A stretch of 64,000 nucleotides of DNA from Gracilinanus agilis (GCF_016433145.1 NC_058131.1:245736284-245800283), one strand, 5' to 3'. Counted from the first letter of the stretch, positions 1-12,579 are shown. Program-made: numbers and translations. Notes: generated from the sequence alone by a model not told the origin.

Positions 1-429
1 CTCATTTTACAGATATGGAAACTGAGGCAAGCAGGGGTGAGTGGCTTGCCCAGGGTCGTACAGCTAGTATGTGTCTGAGGCTGCATTTGAATTTGGGTCT
101 TCCTGACTCTGGACCTGGCACTCTATCCACATGCCACCAAGTATACTCACACAGCTCTGAAGTGATATAAGCAAAATTTGAACTTAGGACCATTTTTGTC
201 CCAGTTCCTAGCCCACTTCTTTCAAGTATATTACCATTTCTCTAAGACTGCCCTTTTTCAGTATGAGAAAGGCCTTTCAGTCCAATATCTATACTTCTAC
301 ATTAGCATTCTAATGCTAAGTATGTGTTTTCCCTATAAAATTGGTAAGCAGAAATCAGAGTCCATGCCTGAAAACAGCTGCATCCCAGTGGCAGGGGAAG
401 TCTTTTTTTTCATGCTTTAGGGTCCTTCA

Positions 430-790
430 GGTCTCAGGATGCATGGACACACAAATAATGTATCCTTGGGATAGAGCCTAGTGGTTCTTGATATTAAACT
501 CTTCTGGACCAGAAGAAAACACTGCTCTCGGAAATACTGAATAGTTCCAGCTGCTTGCCTGTTATCACAGAATCTCAAAACTGGATGGGCACTCAAGTCC
601 AACTTATACACCCGCAGAAATATTCTGTACAATAATCCCCAATGGGTGGTCATCCAGCCCTTCAGTTTAAGACCTCCAGTAATGGGGAGCTCACTACACA
701 CCGAGGCAACTTATTCTACTTCTGAACTTCTCCAATTGCTAGGAAGTTTTTCTTACAATGAGCTGAAATCTGCTCATTTGTATTCTATAG
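430..790 (+). mobile_element. L3/CR1-type LINE 3' relic
   Basis: Motifs tggtcatccagcc...aagacctccagtaatggggagctcactac and ttgctaggaagtttttc resemble CR1/L3 3' ends; the copy is degraded. Confidence 0.6.
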
Positions 791-1992
791 GAATACATTG
801 ATCTTCATGGCTAGCTATACACAAGGGTGATGAACATGTGCTTCCTTTAGAACATTTTATCTGCCTTTGGTCAAGTTTAGACACCGTTACGGAGAGTTCG
901 CAGCTCACACCAGTTTCTGGTGACATGGCAGAATTCAGGTTTAGCAGACACTGAAAACCTATCCATTTAATCACTCTTTGGGGCTGTTCTTATCATTAAA
1001 GTGCACCCAGTAGGGACATAGAGCAGGACAGCACCCAGCACAGTGTACTGCCTATCTTAGGAGCTTAACAATTGGGGATGGTCTGATTTGATAAGCTTGT
1101 AAATTCTATGAGTCAATTCTAACATCTGTTCTCATTCACCAAATAAATGTGATGGGCTTGGGGATTTGGAAGTGTAAACTGAGGAGTGAAAAGGACTAAA
1201 GGAAAGAGTTAAGACGGGCTGCTGAAGTTGGGAGGCTCAAGGCAGGCCACATAGCCACTGATGCTTCATTGGGTTTTTCCATTGCTCCTTCTGGTTTCAT
1301 TCTCCAGCCACACAGGGAGAGAATTCACAAAATAACTAGCTTTAAATTAATTCACAGATTCACTTAAATAAAGAACTTTGTCTAAGCCAGGAGCAAAAGA
1401 AGAAGTACCAGGAATTCAGAAAAAATATAAACTTTTTTTTTTTTCAGGAAACAAGACTGATGTTACATTGTCCCTAAATTAACTTTGGTACCCACTCATC
1501 AATATTATTCTTGAAATCATACTACTGCATCCCAATGAACACACCCAGAAAATGTTCTCTTCCTTTAAGTACTTTATGGTGCTTTGAGAGTAATGAGGTG
1601 TTACAATCTACATTTTACAGTAGGGAAAACTGAGGCTCAGATCGCTAAAATTACTTGCCTACAGCTATGTTAGTAAGTAATGAGCCTGGGCCTCAACCTA
1701 GATCTTCTGTTTCTTTCCTTTTTACCATGGTGATGTAGTCCAGTCGATAGAATACTGGAAAAACAACGTATGCTATAGCTTCTTGGTCATTCTGAGAAAT
1801 GGGCCTCCCAACAACTGTATCTACTGATCCATAATGCCCCTCTGAAAAGTGTTCCATCTACTATACCTAATCTGAAAAGACCACGTGCATTGAATCTGAC
1901 TTTAATTAGATCTCAAAAGCAGAGAGATTTCTCCAAAAGGCAAAACAGGTCTTCGGTTTTCCACCTGGGTGAGACAAGGGGAAGCTGTAACC

Positions 1993-2185
1993 CAGTGATT
2001 CCCAAAGTGGGCGCCACTGCCCCCTGGTGGGTGCTGCAGCGATCCATAAGCGTGGTGATGGCCACAGGGGCATTTATCTTTCCTATTGATTGCTATTAAA
2101 TTTTTTAAAAAATTAATTTCCACGGGGCTAAGTAATATTTTTTCTGGAAAGGGAGCAGTAGGCCAAAAAAGTTTGGGAACCACTG
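1993..2185. mobile_element. hAT (Charlie/SPIN-like) MITE, 193 bp
   Basis: TIRs CAGTGATTCCCAAAGT / AGTTTGGGAACCACTG; perfect 8-bp TSD CTGTAACC (1985-1992, 2186-2193). Confidence 0.92.
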
Positions 2186-3336
2186 CTGTAACCTATACTT
2201 GATCTATGCCATGCCCACTATAGACACCAACTAAATATCAATGGAAATGATAGGAATAGGGCTTAAAAATTCTCCCAAGATAGTCTGAAATTTGCCTGAA
2301 ACTTTTCTGAACCTTGGTTTTCTCCTCTTCAGAACAAGGGTGAGGGGAGAAGTAGATCTCTAAGGTCCAGTCCAACTCAACACCTCCTTCCTAATCCTCA
2401 CTGACCACCCTGTCCTGGATTAAAGATCATTAAAGCTAGAAGATATTCCAGAGATCATCCCTTTTAGTCCAACACCCTTCTTTTACAATGGAATAAACTG
2501 AAGTCCAGAGAAGAGAAGGCATTTGTCCAAAGTCACATTGTGAAGTGGTAAACCCAGGTCTCCTGACTCCTACTCCAGGCTATTCCCACTCTGCCACACA
2601 GCCCTTAAGTCTCTTGACTTCTCAGAACCTCAGGGAGAGGGCTGGATCAGATGCGCCCTTTGGTCCCTTCCAGTTCTGGTTTTATGTCCCTAAAATAGGA
2701 TTCTCGTCTCTTCAGAACTAAAGCCAACACATGCCGGGCTGTGCAAACACCCTACCATAATGTTAATTAATGCAGGGTCTCCAGAAAGATCAAGATATGG
2801 AAGTCACCTTTCACATTTTACAATTCTACTTAGTCCAAAGACTTGTTCCCGACCAAGATGATTTAAAACAGATTTTTGAAAGCACTAAACGGAATTGGAA
2901 CAAAATTCAGTAGAGGCATGCGCCACGCCCCTCGCCCACCCTGCCTCCTCCCTCCTAAAGCCTAGTAAGCCGCCCCCAACTCAACAGTAAATTCCAACGG
3001 ACCCTACCCCCCCCCCCCAGTTTAAGGGTGGTTGCTTTCCCCTCCCCCCTCCTATCGATACATCCCCTGCAAAGGCAAAGCCAAAAGGAGGTGTCCAGTG
3101 GTTCTGTTTTACCTTGAAGTGCCCACCCCCTGGAGGCAGTGAGGGAGAGCAAGCCCTGGCCACCTATGCCCCAAGCCAGGGCCCTTCCCCTACAGAGATC
3201 CTGGAGGATACATAGTCTAAATCTAATCCTGACCCCGTCCAGAGGTTCCTTTAGAAATGTCCTCCTTCTCCTCCTCCTCCACAGCAGAGCTGTATTATAT
3301 TAACATGCATTAAAATGTAAACAAATGCATATTCAC

Positions 3337-3900
3337 CATTGAGAAAGTCTGGCCTTTCAGGAAAAAGTCAATTTCTTTTTCTTCTTGTTTTTCCCCCTAT
3401 TGTTGCAATTGGGTGTCAAGTTTCATCTTCTCGGGGCTCCAGGGGATTGGTGAGGTCTATACAAAACTGCTTAAAAAACAAACCAAACGTCCATTTAGAT
3501 TGGGGTGCTGGGTCCTCTGTTGGTCACCGGGAAGCAAGGTCTCTGTCTGTCTGCCTGTCTGTCTGTCTCTCTCCCTTTCTCACTGCCTGTTTCCCCCAAC
3601 CCCCCACCGTGGTCTTCTCCCTGATCTAGGAGAAGCCAGTGCACTGTGGGGCGCTGATAGCGGCCGCAAGCTCGCTTATCTGTGAGGGGGTCAGGGCGCA
3701 GCCAGCGTGAAGCTCGGGGTTCCTGGAAGCAGGGCTAGCCCGGCCGGCTGCTCTCGCTCTCTCTGGATGCTGCTGCTGCCTGCCTGCCCCGTCAGTGTCC
3801 CACCAGCCTCTGCCAGGGAGAATTCGACGCTGCTCTCCGCCAGGCAGGCCCCCCACCCCCTTCACTTCCCATCCTCCACCCCGCCCCCCCCCCCAACCTC
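3337..3900 (-). other. Putative first exon and CpG-rich promoter of a divergent gene (probably RIPOR3/FAM65C); the exon would end in ATG
   Basis: CpG-enriched, non-repeat block at about 3600-3900. The minus strand reads ...ctttctcaATG|GTGAAT (ATG 3339-3337, donor-like). Gene identity is inferred from recalled human synteny (RIPOR3 is head-to-head with PARD6B); no RIPOR3 coding sequence lies in the window. Confidence 0.5.
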
Positions 3901-4129
3901 CACCTCCTACCCTCCACCCCTCATTCTGGCAAGAGGACTGGGAAAATTCAACTAATTTAAAGTACACGCAGAGTTTGTGGTCATGTCCTGAACCCTCCAC
4001 TATTAATCACAGAGCATCTGATTTCTGCTTTGCCTCAGAGGGGGGAACTTGTAACTTTCTGTTTACTTGATTCTGCACCGGGCTGCAAGTTAATCACAAA
4101 CAGACTTGTGCACAGCCTTCCCCTCCTTA

Positions 4130-4830
4130 CCCCGCTCTCCTCCTCCCCACCCCCACCCCAGACCCAGTCCCCTCCCTCTTTCATCCATCTCCCAGCCTCC
4201 TTCCCTTACCTTGGCCACTTTGGGGGGCCCTCCTCTTCTCCCTCCGTCTCTCCCATCCCTCCCTCTTCCTGCTCCCCCCATTCTTCCTCTTCTTACCTTA
4301 CCACACCATTCAGCTTCCCATCCTCCTCTTTCATCCATCTCCCAGCCTCCTCCCCTTACCTTGGTCATTTTGGGGGGAGTCCTCCTCTTCTTCCCTCTCC
4401 CATCCCTCACCCTATTCTTCTTCCTTACATCTCTCAGCTTTCCTTCTTCCTCTCTCTTCCATTAACCATCTCCCAGCTTCCTTCTTCTCCCCTTATCTTG
4501 GTCATTTTGGGGGGAGTCCTCTTCTTCTTTCTCTCCTATCCCTCACTCTTCCTGCTCCCCCATTCTTTCTCTTCTTACCTTACCACACCATATGCTTTCC
4601 CAGCCTCCTCCTTCATCCATCCCCCAAACTTCCTCTTCTCCCTCCTTCTCGTCTATCCTTCACTCACCATTCCTGCTGCCCTATTCTTCTTCCTTACATC
4701 TCTCTCAGCTTTCCTTCTTCCTAGCTCTTCCATCACCCTTCTCCCTGCTTTCTTCTTTCTCTATTTTCCTCAGTTCTCACTTCTCCTATTTCTCCTTTTC
4801 TCTTACTCCCCCTTTCCTCAACCTTAGCTG
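4130..4830. repeat. Degenerate polypyrimidine tandem repeat, period about 137-150 bp
   Basis: A recurring block catctcccagc...ccttaccttggtcattttgggggg has its G-run at 4221, 4371 and 4508; cttaccttaccacaccat and cttacatctctcagctttcc also recur. Confidence 0.85.
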
Positions 4831-7246
4831 TTGGTACTCTCTCCTGAATCATGCATTTACACCTTTTCTTACCCCTTTCTTCCCCAGACTCTCCATTTTC
4901 CCCTTTGTACTTCTCATATATCCTAGTGCTTCAATTTAGACCAGCTTATTCTTTTGATCTCTGCTTTTTTTTAATGTCCAATTATTTTGTTTGTTGTTGT
5001 TGTTTTCCCATGTCCCTGTCACATTCTTTTGAGCAGCTCCCACAAATTTAACTTGGGTCTCAGAATTGAGATCCAGTTCACTTATTATTAAGCCTATGTC
5101 CCCTTGCCTGAACTTTCCTTTATCTCAGTTTTTGATTCAGCTAGAAGATGAAGTCACTGAGAAACAAAGCTCTCATTTACCCTCTGAGAAGTTGGGCCCT
5201 GTTTATTCAAGGGCCTTGTGCTCCTAGAAATAAATTTCCCTCTTCATTAGGCCTCTGCATCTACAGCCACTTTAGAGGCACTTTAGAGGCACAAGTCAAC
5301 CCATGGTAATAAATGACCTCCCCACCCCCACCCCCAGGTCCCTTTTCTCCAAGAACACTGGATACCCCACACAGCAAAAGTCCCATTTCCTAGATAAAAC
5401 CTCCTCTGGCCAACTGGAGTAGCCCTATATATAGTAAGTCAACTCAGAGATAAACAGACATCCTATGTAACTACAGTATGAATAGCAAAACAGGGAAGTG
5501 GTATGGTAAACACTGTCTATTTTTATTATTTCTTTCTCTTATACATGTGTAGGATTTGGGATATGCTTTGCATTGTGAGTACCTGAACCAATGTAACTCT
5601 TAAAGGGAGAGTATAATAGAAGACCACCTGGATTAATGAGCAGTTTGGACATGTGGGTCAGACACTAACTACTGTGTGACCCTGGGCAAGTCACTTCCCC
5701 TCGGTGACTTAGTTTCCTTTAAAATGAAGTTAAACTAAACCTGTGATTCTGTGATCCAAGGAATTTGTCAAGGGCAGGGAAGGTGTCCAAATTGTTTTGT
5801 AGGTGGCTTATCAGAACCCTGCAGATATAGGAGAGTTTGTTCAATATTTGGTTGAGGAGCATGGGAGGAGGTAAGAATGGAAAAACAGAAATTGACATTG
5901 ATAAATCTCTTGAAGTTGAAAGGTGGTTTTACGGAAAAATACCATTTCTAATCCTAGGTTTAACCCCCTACTAGTTCAGTGATTTTCTCCAAATCCTTTC
6001 TAATGTAAAATGGTGTGGTAGATTAGAGTTAGAAAGGATCTTAGAGGTCATCTAGTTCAAACATCCCATTTTACAAATGAGAAAACTGAGACCCAAGGAA
6101 GGGAAAGAACTTCTTTCCCAAAATCACATGACTATTACAGAGCAATCCAGAATTAACACCCAAGGCTCTTAACAAGCAACACTCTTCTTTTTACCTTTCA
6201 GTTTCTATTGACTGCTTTTCAGACATTTCCAACTAGATGTCTCAAAGGCATCTCAAACTCAGAAGTCAGTCTCTTTTCCTCAAACACATTTCCTTCAGAA
6301 CCTTACTATTCCTGTCAAAGGTATCATCCTTCCTAGGTGCTCAAAGTGGCAATCACTCTCATCTCCTCTTTCTATCTCAGCCCACAAATCTAAGCAACTG
6401 TTCCATGACATCTTCTCTATTCCCATTGTAATGTTATCAATAACAATAGCTAGTATTTGTATATAGATTTAAGCTTTGTAAAGTAATTTACATACATTAT
6501 TTCATTTGACTTTCACAACATCCCTGTGAAGCAGGTGTTATTATTATCTCTATTTTTAAATTGAGGAAATTGAGGCTAATAGAGGTTAAGTGACTTGCTT
6601 AGTGTCACAAAGTCAATACATGCCTGGGACAGGACTTTGAGTTTAGCACTCTCCATTTTACCTTTTGAAATATTCCTTTTTCTCCATCCACTCTTCTACA
6701 ACCCTAGGACATTCCCTTATCACCTCTAGCCTGGACTATTGCCAGAGGCTCTTAATTGTCCTCCCTAGTTCAAATCTGTTCCTTAATTAATCTACCCTAG
6801 ACAAAAGCCAGAGTGATTTTGCCAAGAGTCACCTTGAGGTAGTAGGCACAATGCTGGATTTGGAGTGATTTAGAACTAGGTTCAAATATTATCTCTGATA
6901 TTTCTCATTGTGACCCTAGGCAAATCAGCTAACTTTTTCCCACAATACTCTCTGGTTTTTGGTTTCCATCACCTTATGGACATTTTCTTCAAGAGATCCT
7001 GCAGCAACTTGAACTCAATCTATCCAAAACAAAATTCTTTTTCTATTGCCAACATTCACTCCATTTCCAATCCTCTCTATTACTGTCAAGGACACCATTG
7101 CTCTCCCATTTACCCAGGCTCACAGCTTTATTGTCATCTTTGACTTCTCCTTCATATTCACCTCACATATTTTATCAATTCCCAGATCTCTTGTTTTCTA
7201 CTTTTTCCCCCCTACATCTTTCTTTTTCTTCATATGCATCCCTTTC

Positions 7247-8107
7247 TGTGGGAGTATAACTCCCACAGGTCCAGGGTTTCAAGGAGGTGGGACATTGTGG
7301 GTATGTTAAGCAGAATGAGAGACAGTCTAAACTTCAGCCAGGCAGGCATCATGAATACTGCTCTGCTCTGCCTTGAGTAAGGTTTATTTTTATATACTTT
7401 CTTATATGCTTTGAGATCACACATAATTTTGGCATGGAAATCCATTCTCATCCATTCTCATCATACATCTTTTCTTAGAGACAATATATTAAGTCATACA
7501 TTAACTTTTGTTACAACTTTTCATTCCCCAGTGACTTTCAATATTTTTCAAGGTGTGTTTGGTTTATCTCTTGGGCTACAGTGGTGGGAATGTACAGGCC
7601 TTTTCATGGGAGACAATTTCTCCATTTATCATTCATTGTCCTTTTATGTTAATGTACAGAACCGAATCAGGGATCAGGGAGGGGGGAAACTAGGAGACTG
7701 TTCTGGCCTGTTTTTGCAGGCACCTGTGTATGGGAGGTCTAAGTTAGGGTTTTTAAATCTTTAACATTAATTCACTATTTGCTGGTTTGTTATGAAGTGA
7801 CTTCTAGGGAAATTTCTGTATTACTGCATGTAAAGGTGGGAATGTCCTAGGAGTCTGTAGGGGACCTGTGAGGGTTCTAGTAACAGCCTTTACTGTTCTG
7901 ATTTTCCCTGGGGCTGAGTAGGGATATTGATCACAATAATTCCAACAATAAGGAGTGTTAGTAAGAGAAGAGTCACACAGGGTTATCTGAGTGAGGGGTT
8001 TCCATCCTTCCTGAGGCTGCCATGTACTTCCTCGAGTGACCATGTCAGACAGGATGAGTTTTGATGCCACACACCCCCCTAACCTCCCCCCCCCGCCCCC
8101 CACAGCA
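7247..8107 (-). mobile_element. Candidate solo LTR (861 bp) inserted in an L2 relic
   Basis: TG...CA termini; 6-bp TSD CCTTTC (7241-7246, 8108-8113); the minus strand carries TATATAAAAATAAA (TATA plus polyA signal) near 7383-7396. The flanks rejoin into L2-like catccctttc|tctctatccacactgccac. Confidence 0.6.
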
Positions 8108-8162
8108 CCTTTCTCTCTATCCACACTGCCACTACTCTAATTCAGGCCTTCATTGCCTAGAC

Positions 8163-8354
8163 CAGGGGTCGGCAACATATGGCTTTAGAGCCATATCTGG
8201 CTCTACCTCCCGACCTGCCAGTCTGGGCAGAGCCCCAGGATGTGCCCTAGGGGGCTCTTCAGCCCCCCCGCCTCCATATTCCAGCGCCTTCCGCCTCCAT
8301 CCTCCTTCTGCAGGCATTTATGGCTCTCACAGCCAAAAAGGTTGCCGACCATTG
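8163..8354. mobile_element. hAT MITE (second family), 192 bp
   Basis: TIRs CAGGGGTCGGCAAC / GTTGCCGACCATTG; 8-bp TSD GCCTAGAC (8155-8162, 8355-8362). Confidence 0.9.
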
Positions 8355-10280
8355 GCCTAGACTATTGAAATAAGCTCCTAATTGATCTCCCTGGTTCAAA
8401 TCTGTTGGATGTTCTGACAATTCCTAACTAATACTAAAATGGCAACATTCTTCCCATTAATTAAACTATTAAAAATCCCTACCCCACTTTATGAAATATT
8501 ATTTATTTAATAAATTAAACTTCTTTTCCCATAAAATTGTAGTCATCTTTCTCTTTATCAAACTCTCAAATCTCTTAGGCTTAAATAAACATTATAATTA
8601 ATGGATCCACTATTTATTAATGATGTAACCAACAAAAGTAGCAAAGAAGTAAAATAATTTCTTAAAACATATTTGCTATGAGAAAAACACAGTCACCTTT
8701 AACCATAACTTTACCTACCAACTTCTCAATTCTGAAAACAGAGATCTAGATTCAAATGCAGATCTCCTGACTTCAGGTTAAGACTGAATTAAACTCTGGT
8801 CTTTAATTTCCATAGAGTTTATTAATATTTATTTGAATAAGAGAAGGCAGACAGATGGAGAGAAAGAAGTCTATTCTAAACTAGCCAGGTGCACGCTTCT
8901 CCACACGGTTCTCTCAGCCACCATTTCTTTCATCATGCCCCAGCAAATAGAGAGTGCCTGCTTGCTGGAACCCCCTCTTTTATATCTTCTCCTTTATTCC
9001 CAGATCCTAACCTGATCCTTTCTGGGTCAATGTGCCTAAGTCACTCTCCCGTGTCCCACACTGGAACACACTGATGTGATATAGTGCTAGTAGTACTGGG
9101 ACACAGGTAGGACCCCAGTAAGTGATCCTGGGAGTGGGGTTCCCTTTACCCAAAGTCTATCAATATTTGGACTATACAACAAAACCTCTTATAATCCTCT
9201 TAAAGGAGGGTGTTGAGGCTTTGGAGCCTGTGCTAGTATATCTAACAATCCTAAGAAAGATAACACCATTTGACTAAGTGCAGTCAAGGACAGATTGTAT
9301 GATGGTTGTCACTTACCTGTCAAGTCTTTGAACTTCTTTGGGAAGCACTGATTAGCCAAGGGGCCCTGCAGCATGTAGCAGATCCTTAAAAGAGTGACTC
9401 CAGAGGGGCAGAGCAAGGAGACTTTAGTGAATGTAGATTGGTACAACATGTGGCTTAAAGAGGGTTAGAACCCTATTTAGAGCAACTGACTTAAGAGATT
9501 TAAAGCACTTTATAAACTTTAAAACATTATATAAATGTTAGCTATTAATTATTATTACATTATAATTTTTATCTGCAGGCCCACCTCACCTACAGTTGCC
9601 AAGATCTGCCCACTTACAGCTGTTATATTGCCCTAGGAGAATAACTATTCACATGTGTAAGATATTTTAAAGTTTACAAAGTGTTTTTCCCCCAGTCTAG
9701 TTAAGTGACGAAGCTGGAACTCAGACCCAGGTCTTCTGTTTCTCCTATATTATGCTGACTTTTTGGCCACTATGGAGAGATGAGAGTTCTAGTCACAGTG
9801 ACTCTCTCAATTTCCTTTCCCTTCCCCTTTTATTCTTTAAATCACTATTCAGTTATGTTCAAACACTGTTTTTAAAAAACCCTGACCTCTTTCTTAATTC
9901 ATCTTAACCTTGGGCATCCATGGGAGAAAGCCATTTGGCAGATGGAGAAATGGAGGTCCAGGGGAAATTGACTTCCGTAGGGTCATCCAGAAGAACCAGA
10001 AAGAGAATTCAGGTTTCCTGACTCTTAGCTCATGTTCTTTCTATTATATCACACTGCTAAAACTCTGGTCCTTTGGAGGCATTAGGTATAGGGACAAAGG
10101 GGTACCCTCTTTGAAGACCTAAACCCATTATTACTGACAAGAGGAAGCAGCTTTTTGTCATAGTCAGATCACCAGATATGGGGTTAGAAAAGCTGGTTTC
10201 AAGTTCTAGCTTTAGTATTTACTTGTTTTGTTAACCAAAGACAAGTCACTGGTCCTCATTAAGCTTTAGGTTCTTCCTGT

Positions 10281-10548
10281 CTACGCCAAGCATGTGAAGA
10301 CTTCTCCCAGTGGAATGGGCAAATGAGAACAATTCATTCTAATGGCCATGAAGACAGCTGAAGCAGGCACTGTGGTGTGCTTAGAGCTCGGTCAGACATT
10401 GAAGATACCAAGGTCATCCACTACATTCCAACCATCTCTAGTCATCTTGATTTTTGTCCTTCCACTGGACTTCTCTGCCTCACTTAAATCCAAGTCTCTC
10501 TCAAGTCTGTGATGTCATTGGTCCTCTGAAAACAAAAGATAATCAACA
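10281..10548 (+). mobile_element. RTE-associated marsupial SINE (Mar3-like; name tentative)
   Basis: Similar to the opposite-orientation copy at 14.2-14.6 kb (cttagagctcggtcagacattgaagataccaaggtcatccact). Confidence 0.55.
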
Positions 10549-11811
10549 CTATAGCTAGCTAGCTATGCCATAACTGGGACTCTGTTTCCCTAAAAAGTCA
10601 TCTGACTTTTCCTCCATCTCCTCAAAGGGCAATCTTATCAACTTTCACCAGTGACAAGAAAAACCAGATTCCTGGATTCTGCCCATAGGCAACTATTTAA
10701 ATGGTTGATTTTCTCCCTTGTCTGGCCCCTTTATCCTCTTTTGGGCCTTTTGTGACAAACCTCAAGCTTATCATGATGATATCTGCTTGGTCCAAATGGG
10801 TCTTCTAATGTCCCCCTTCCTTCTTCCCAGGGCTTAGCCAGTCCCATAAATCTTGACTGAGCAGAAGAATTGGTCTGTCCTGAAATTCTCAGCATTATCA
10901 GTTTGGGTGATTAGTAAAGGGCAAATGCTGACCTGGAAAAGACTCTCAGACACCCACATGGCTCCCATAGGGGTCAGCCAGAGCCACATTGTTTTAGAAC
11001 AAATTCCACACATGCAAGCTTAAACAAACAGATGTGTACATGTGAGCATGCCACAGGGTCTCTCCTCAGACCTAACAGGATCAACTTGGTGACTGTCATT
11101 TCCTTTCGAACATATTTCTGAATGAGACCTTTGCATTCTCATTCTGACTTTGGCCACAGAGGAATTCTGTTTGGTTTCCTTGCTAAAATGGGACTTAGGT
11201 TTTTTAAATCTACAGTTTGCCTGGGGTCTCTCTTTCCATGTTGGCAAATACCTAGTAAATCAGTCAAATGTCCATTGCCCAAATTGAACACTGATGTTGG
11301 GAGCACTAATGGGGCATTCTCTTCAAAGCAATTTCTCCAGCGCCACAGTTTACATTTCACTGAAAACAATAGACATACGTGTACAATTTATTTTTGTTGG
11401 CTGATTTCGATGGAATCTACTTTGTGGGGGGTTGTGGGGGGGGGAACAAACAAGCCTCACATATGTTTGGACTTATGATTTATATTGAAAACAACAAATA
11501 CCTCATAATAGGGCCTGGTTTGAGATGGAGTTGGAAAGTAGTGTGGAGTAGCAGGCTTTTGCATGAATGTACTTAGCATAAAACTAACCTGTTTGTTGGG
11601 TTTTTTTTTGGAGAAACCCTAGTGGAAAGAATCATGTTTAAATTCACAGTTAAAGAATGATTTATATATATAATTTACACATTTTTAAAGAAATTATAAA
11701 CAATGTGAAGTTTGTGGTTTTGCACATAATTTTTATGCACTTGTTTAATTAAATGTCTTTTAGTAGTGGTTATTAAATATATAATTTAAAAAAATTTTTA
11801 ATGCTTTACAA

Positions 11812-11955
11812 GGGGCAACTGGGTAGCTCAGTGGATTGAGAGCCAGGCCCAAGATGAGAGGTCCTGGGTTCAAATCTGACCACAGACACTTCTTAGCTAT
11901 GTACCCTAGGCAAGTCACTTAACCCCATTGCCTAGCACTTAACCACTCTTCTGCC
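11812..11955 (+). mobile_element. SINE1_Mdo-like SINE truncated by an assembly gap
   Basis: ggggcaactgggtagctcagtggattgagagccaggcc... head; runs into Ns. Confidence 0.9.
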
Positions 11956-12159
11956 NNNNNNNNNNNNNNNNNNNNNNNNNNNNNNNNNNNNNNNNNNNNN
12001 NNNNNNNNNNNNNNNNNNNNNNNNNNNNNNNNNNNNNNNNNNNNNNNNNNNNNNNNNNNNNNNNNNNNNNNNNNNNNNNNNNNNNNNNNNNNNNNNNNNN
12101 NNNNNNNNNNNNNNNNNNNNNNNNNNNNNNNNNNNNNNNNNNNNNNNNNNNNNNNNNNN
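11956..12159. other. Assembly gap (204 N)
   Basis: N run. Confidence 1.
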
Positions 12160-12579
12160 TTTGACAGAATAGTGGACTTAAAGTCAAGAAAATCTAAGTT
12201 TGAATCTATTGATGGGTCTTAAACCCTTAGTAAGTCGCTGTTATAACTCTGGGCAAGCCATTTAACCTCATGGAGCTTCAGTATCCACTTCTGTAGGAGC
12301 GTATAATAATAGAATCTATCTCACAATAGTTGTCTTGAAGGCTAAGAGAGACAATGTAAGAAAAGTCTTTTATAAACCTTAAAGCAGCATGTAAATAAGA
12401 GTTATGATTATTTTAAATCCATGAAAGTAATAGGTCTGTATCAAATTGTTTGCTTTCTCAATGAGTGAGGAGGAGATGGAAGGAGAGAGAGAATTTGGAA
12501 CTTAAATTTTTTTTTAAATGAATGTTAAAAATTGTTTTTATGAGTAATTGGAAAAAATATTATTAAAAAATAAAAGGTA

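Noticed and set aside
4030-4939. Pro/Ser/Leu/Phe-rich ORFs up to 265 aa
   Set aside because: Translation of the polypyrimidine repeat; no domain or splice support.
5270-5291. 11-bp tandem duplication ctttagaggca
   Set aside because: Ordinary slippage; no sign of function.
8403-8634. Second solo LTR as a firm feature
   Set aside because: It has TGTTGG/CCAACA ends, but the flanks (aaatc / aaagt) give no TSD, so it is kept only as part of a low-level finding.
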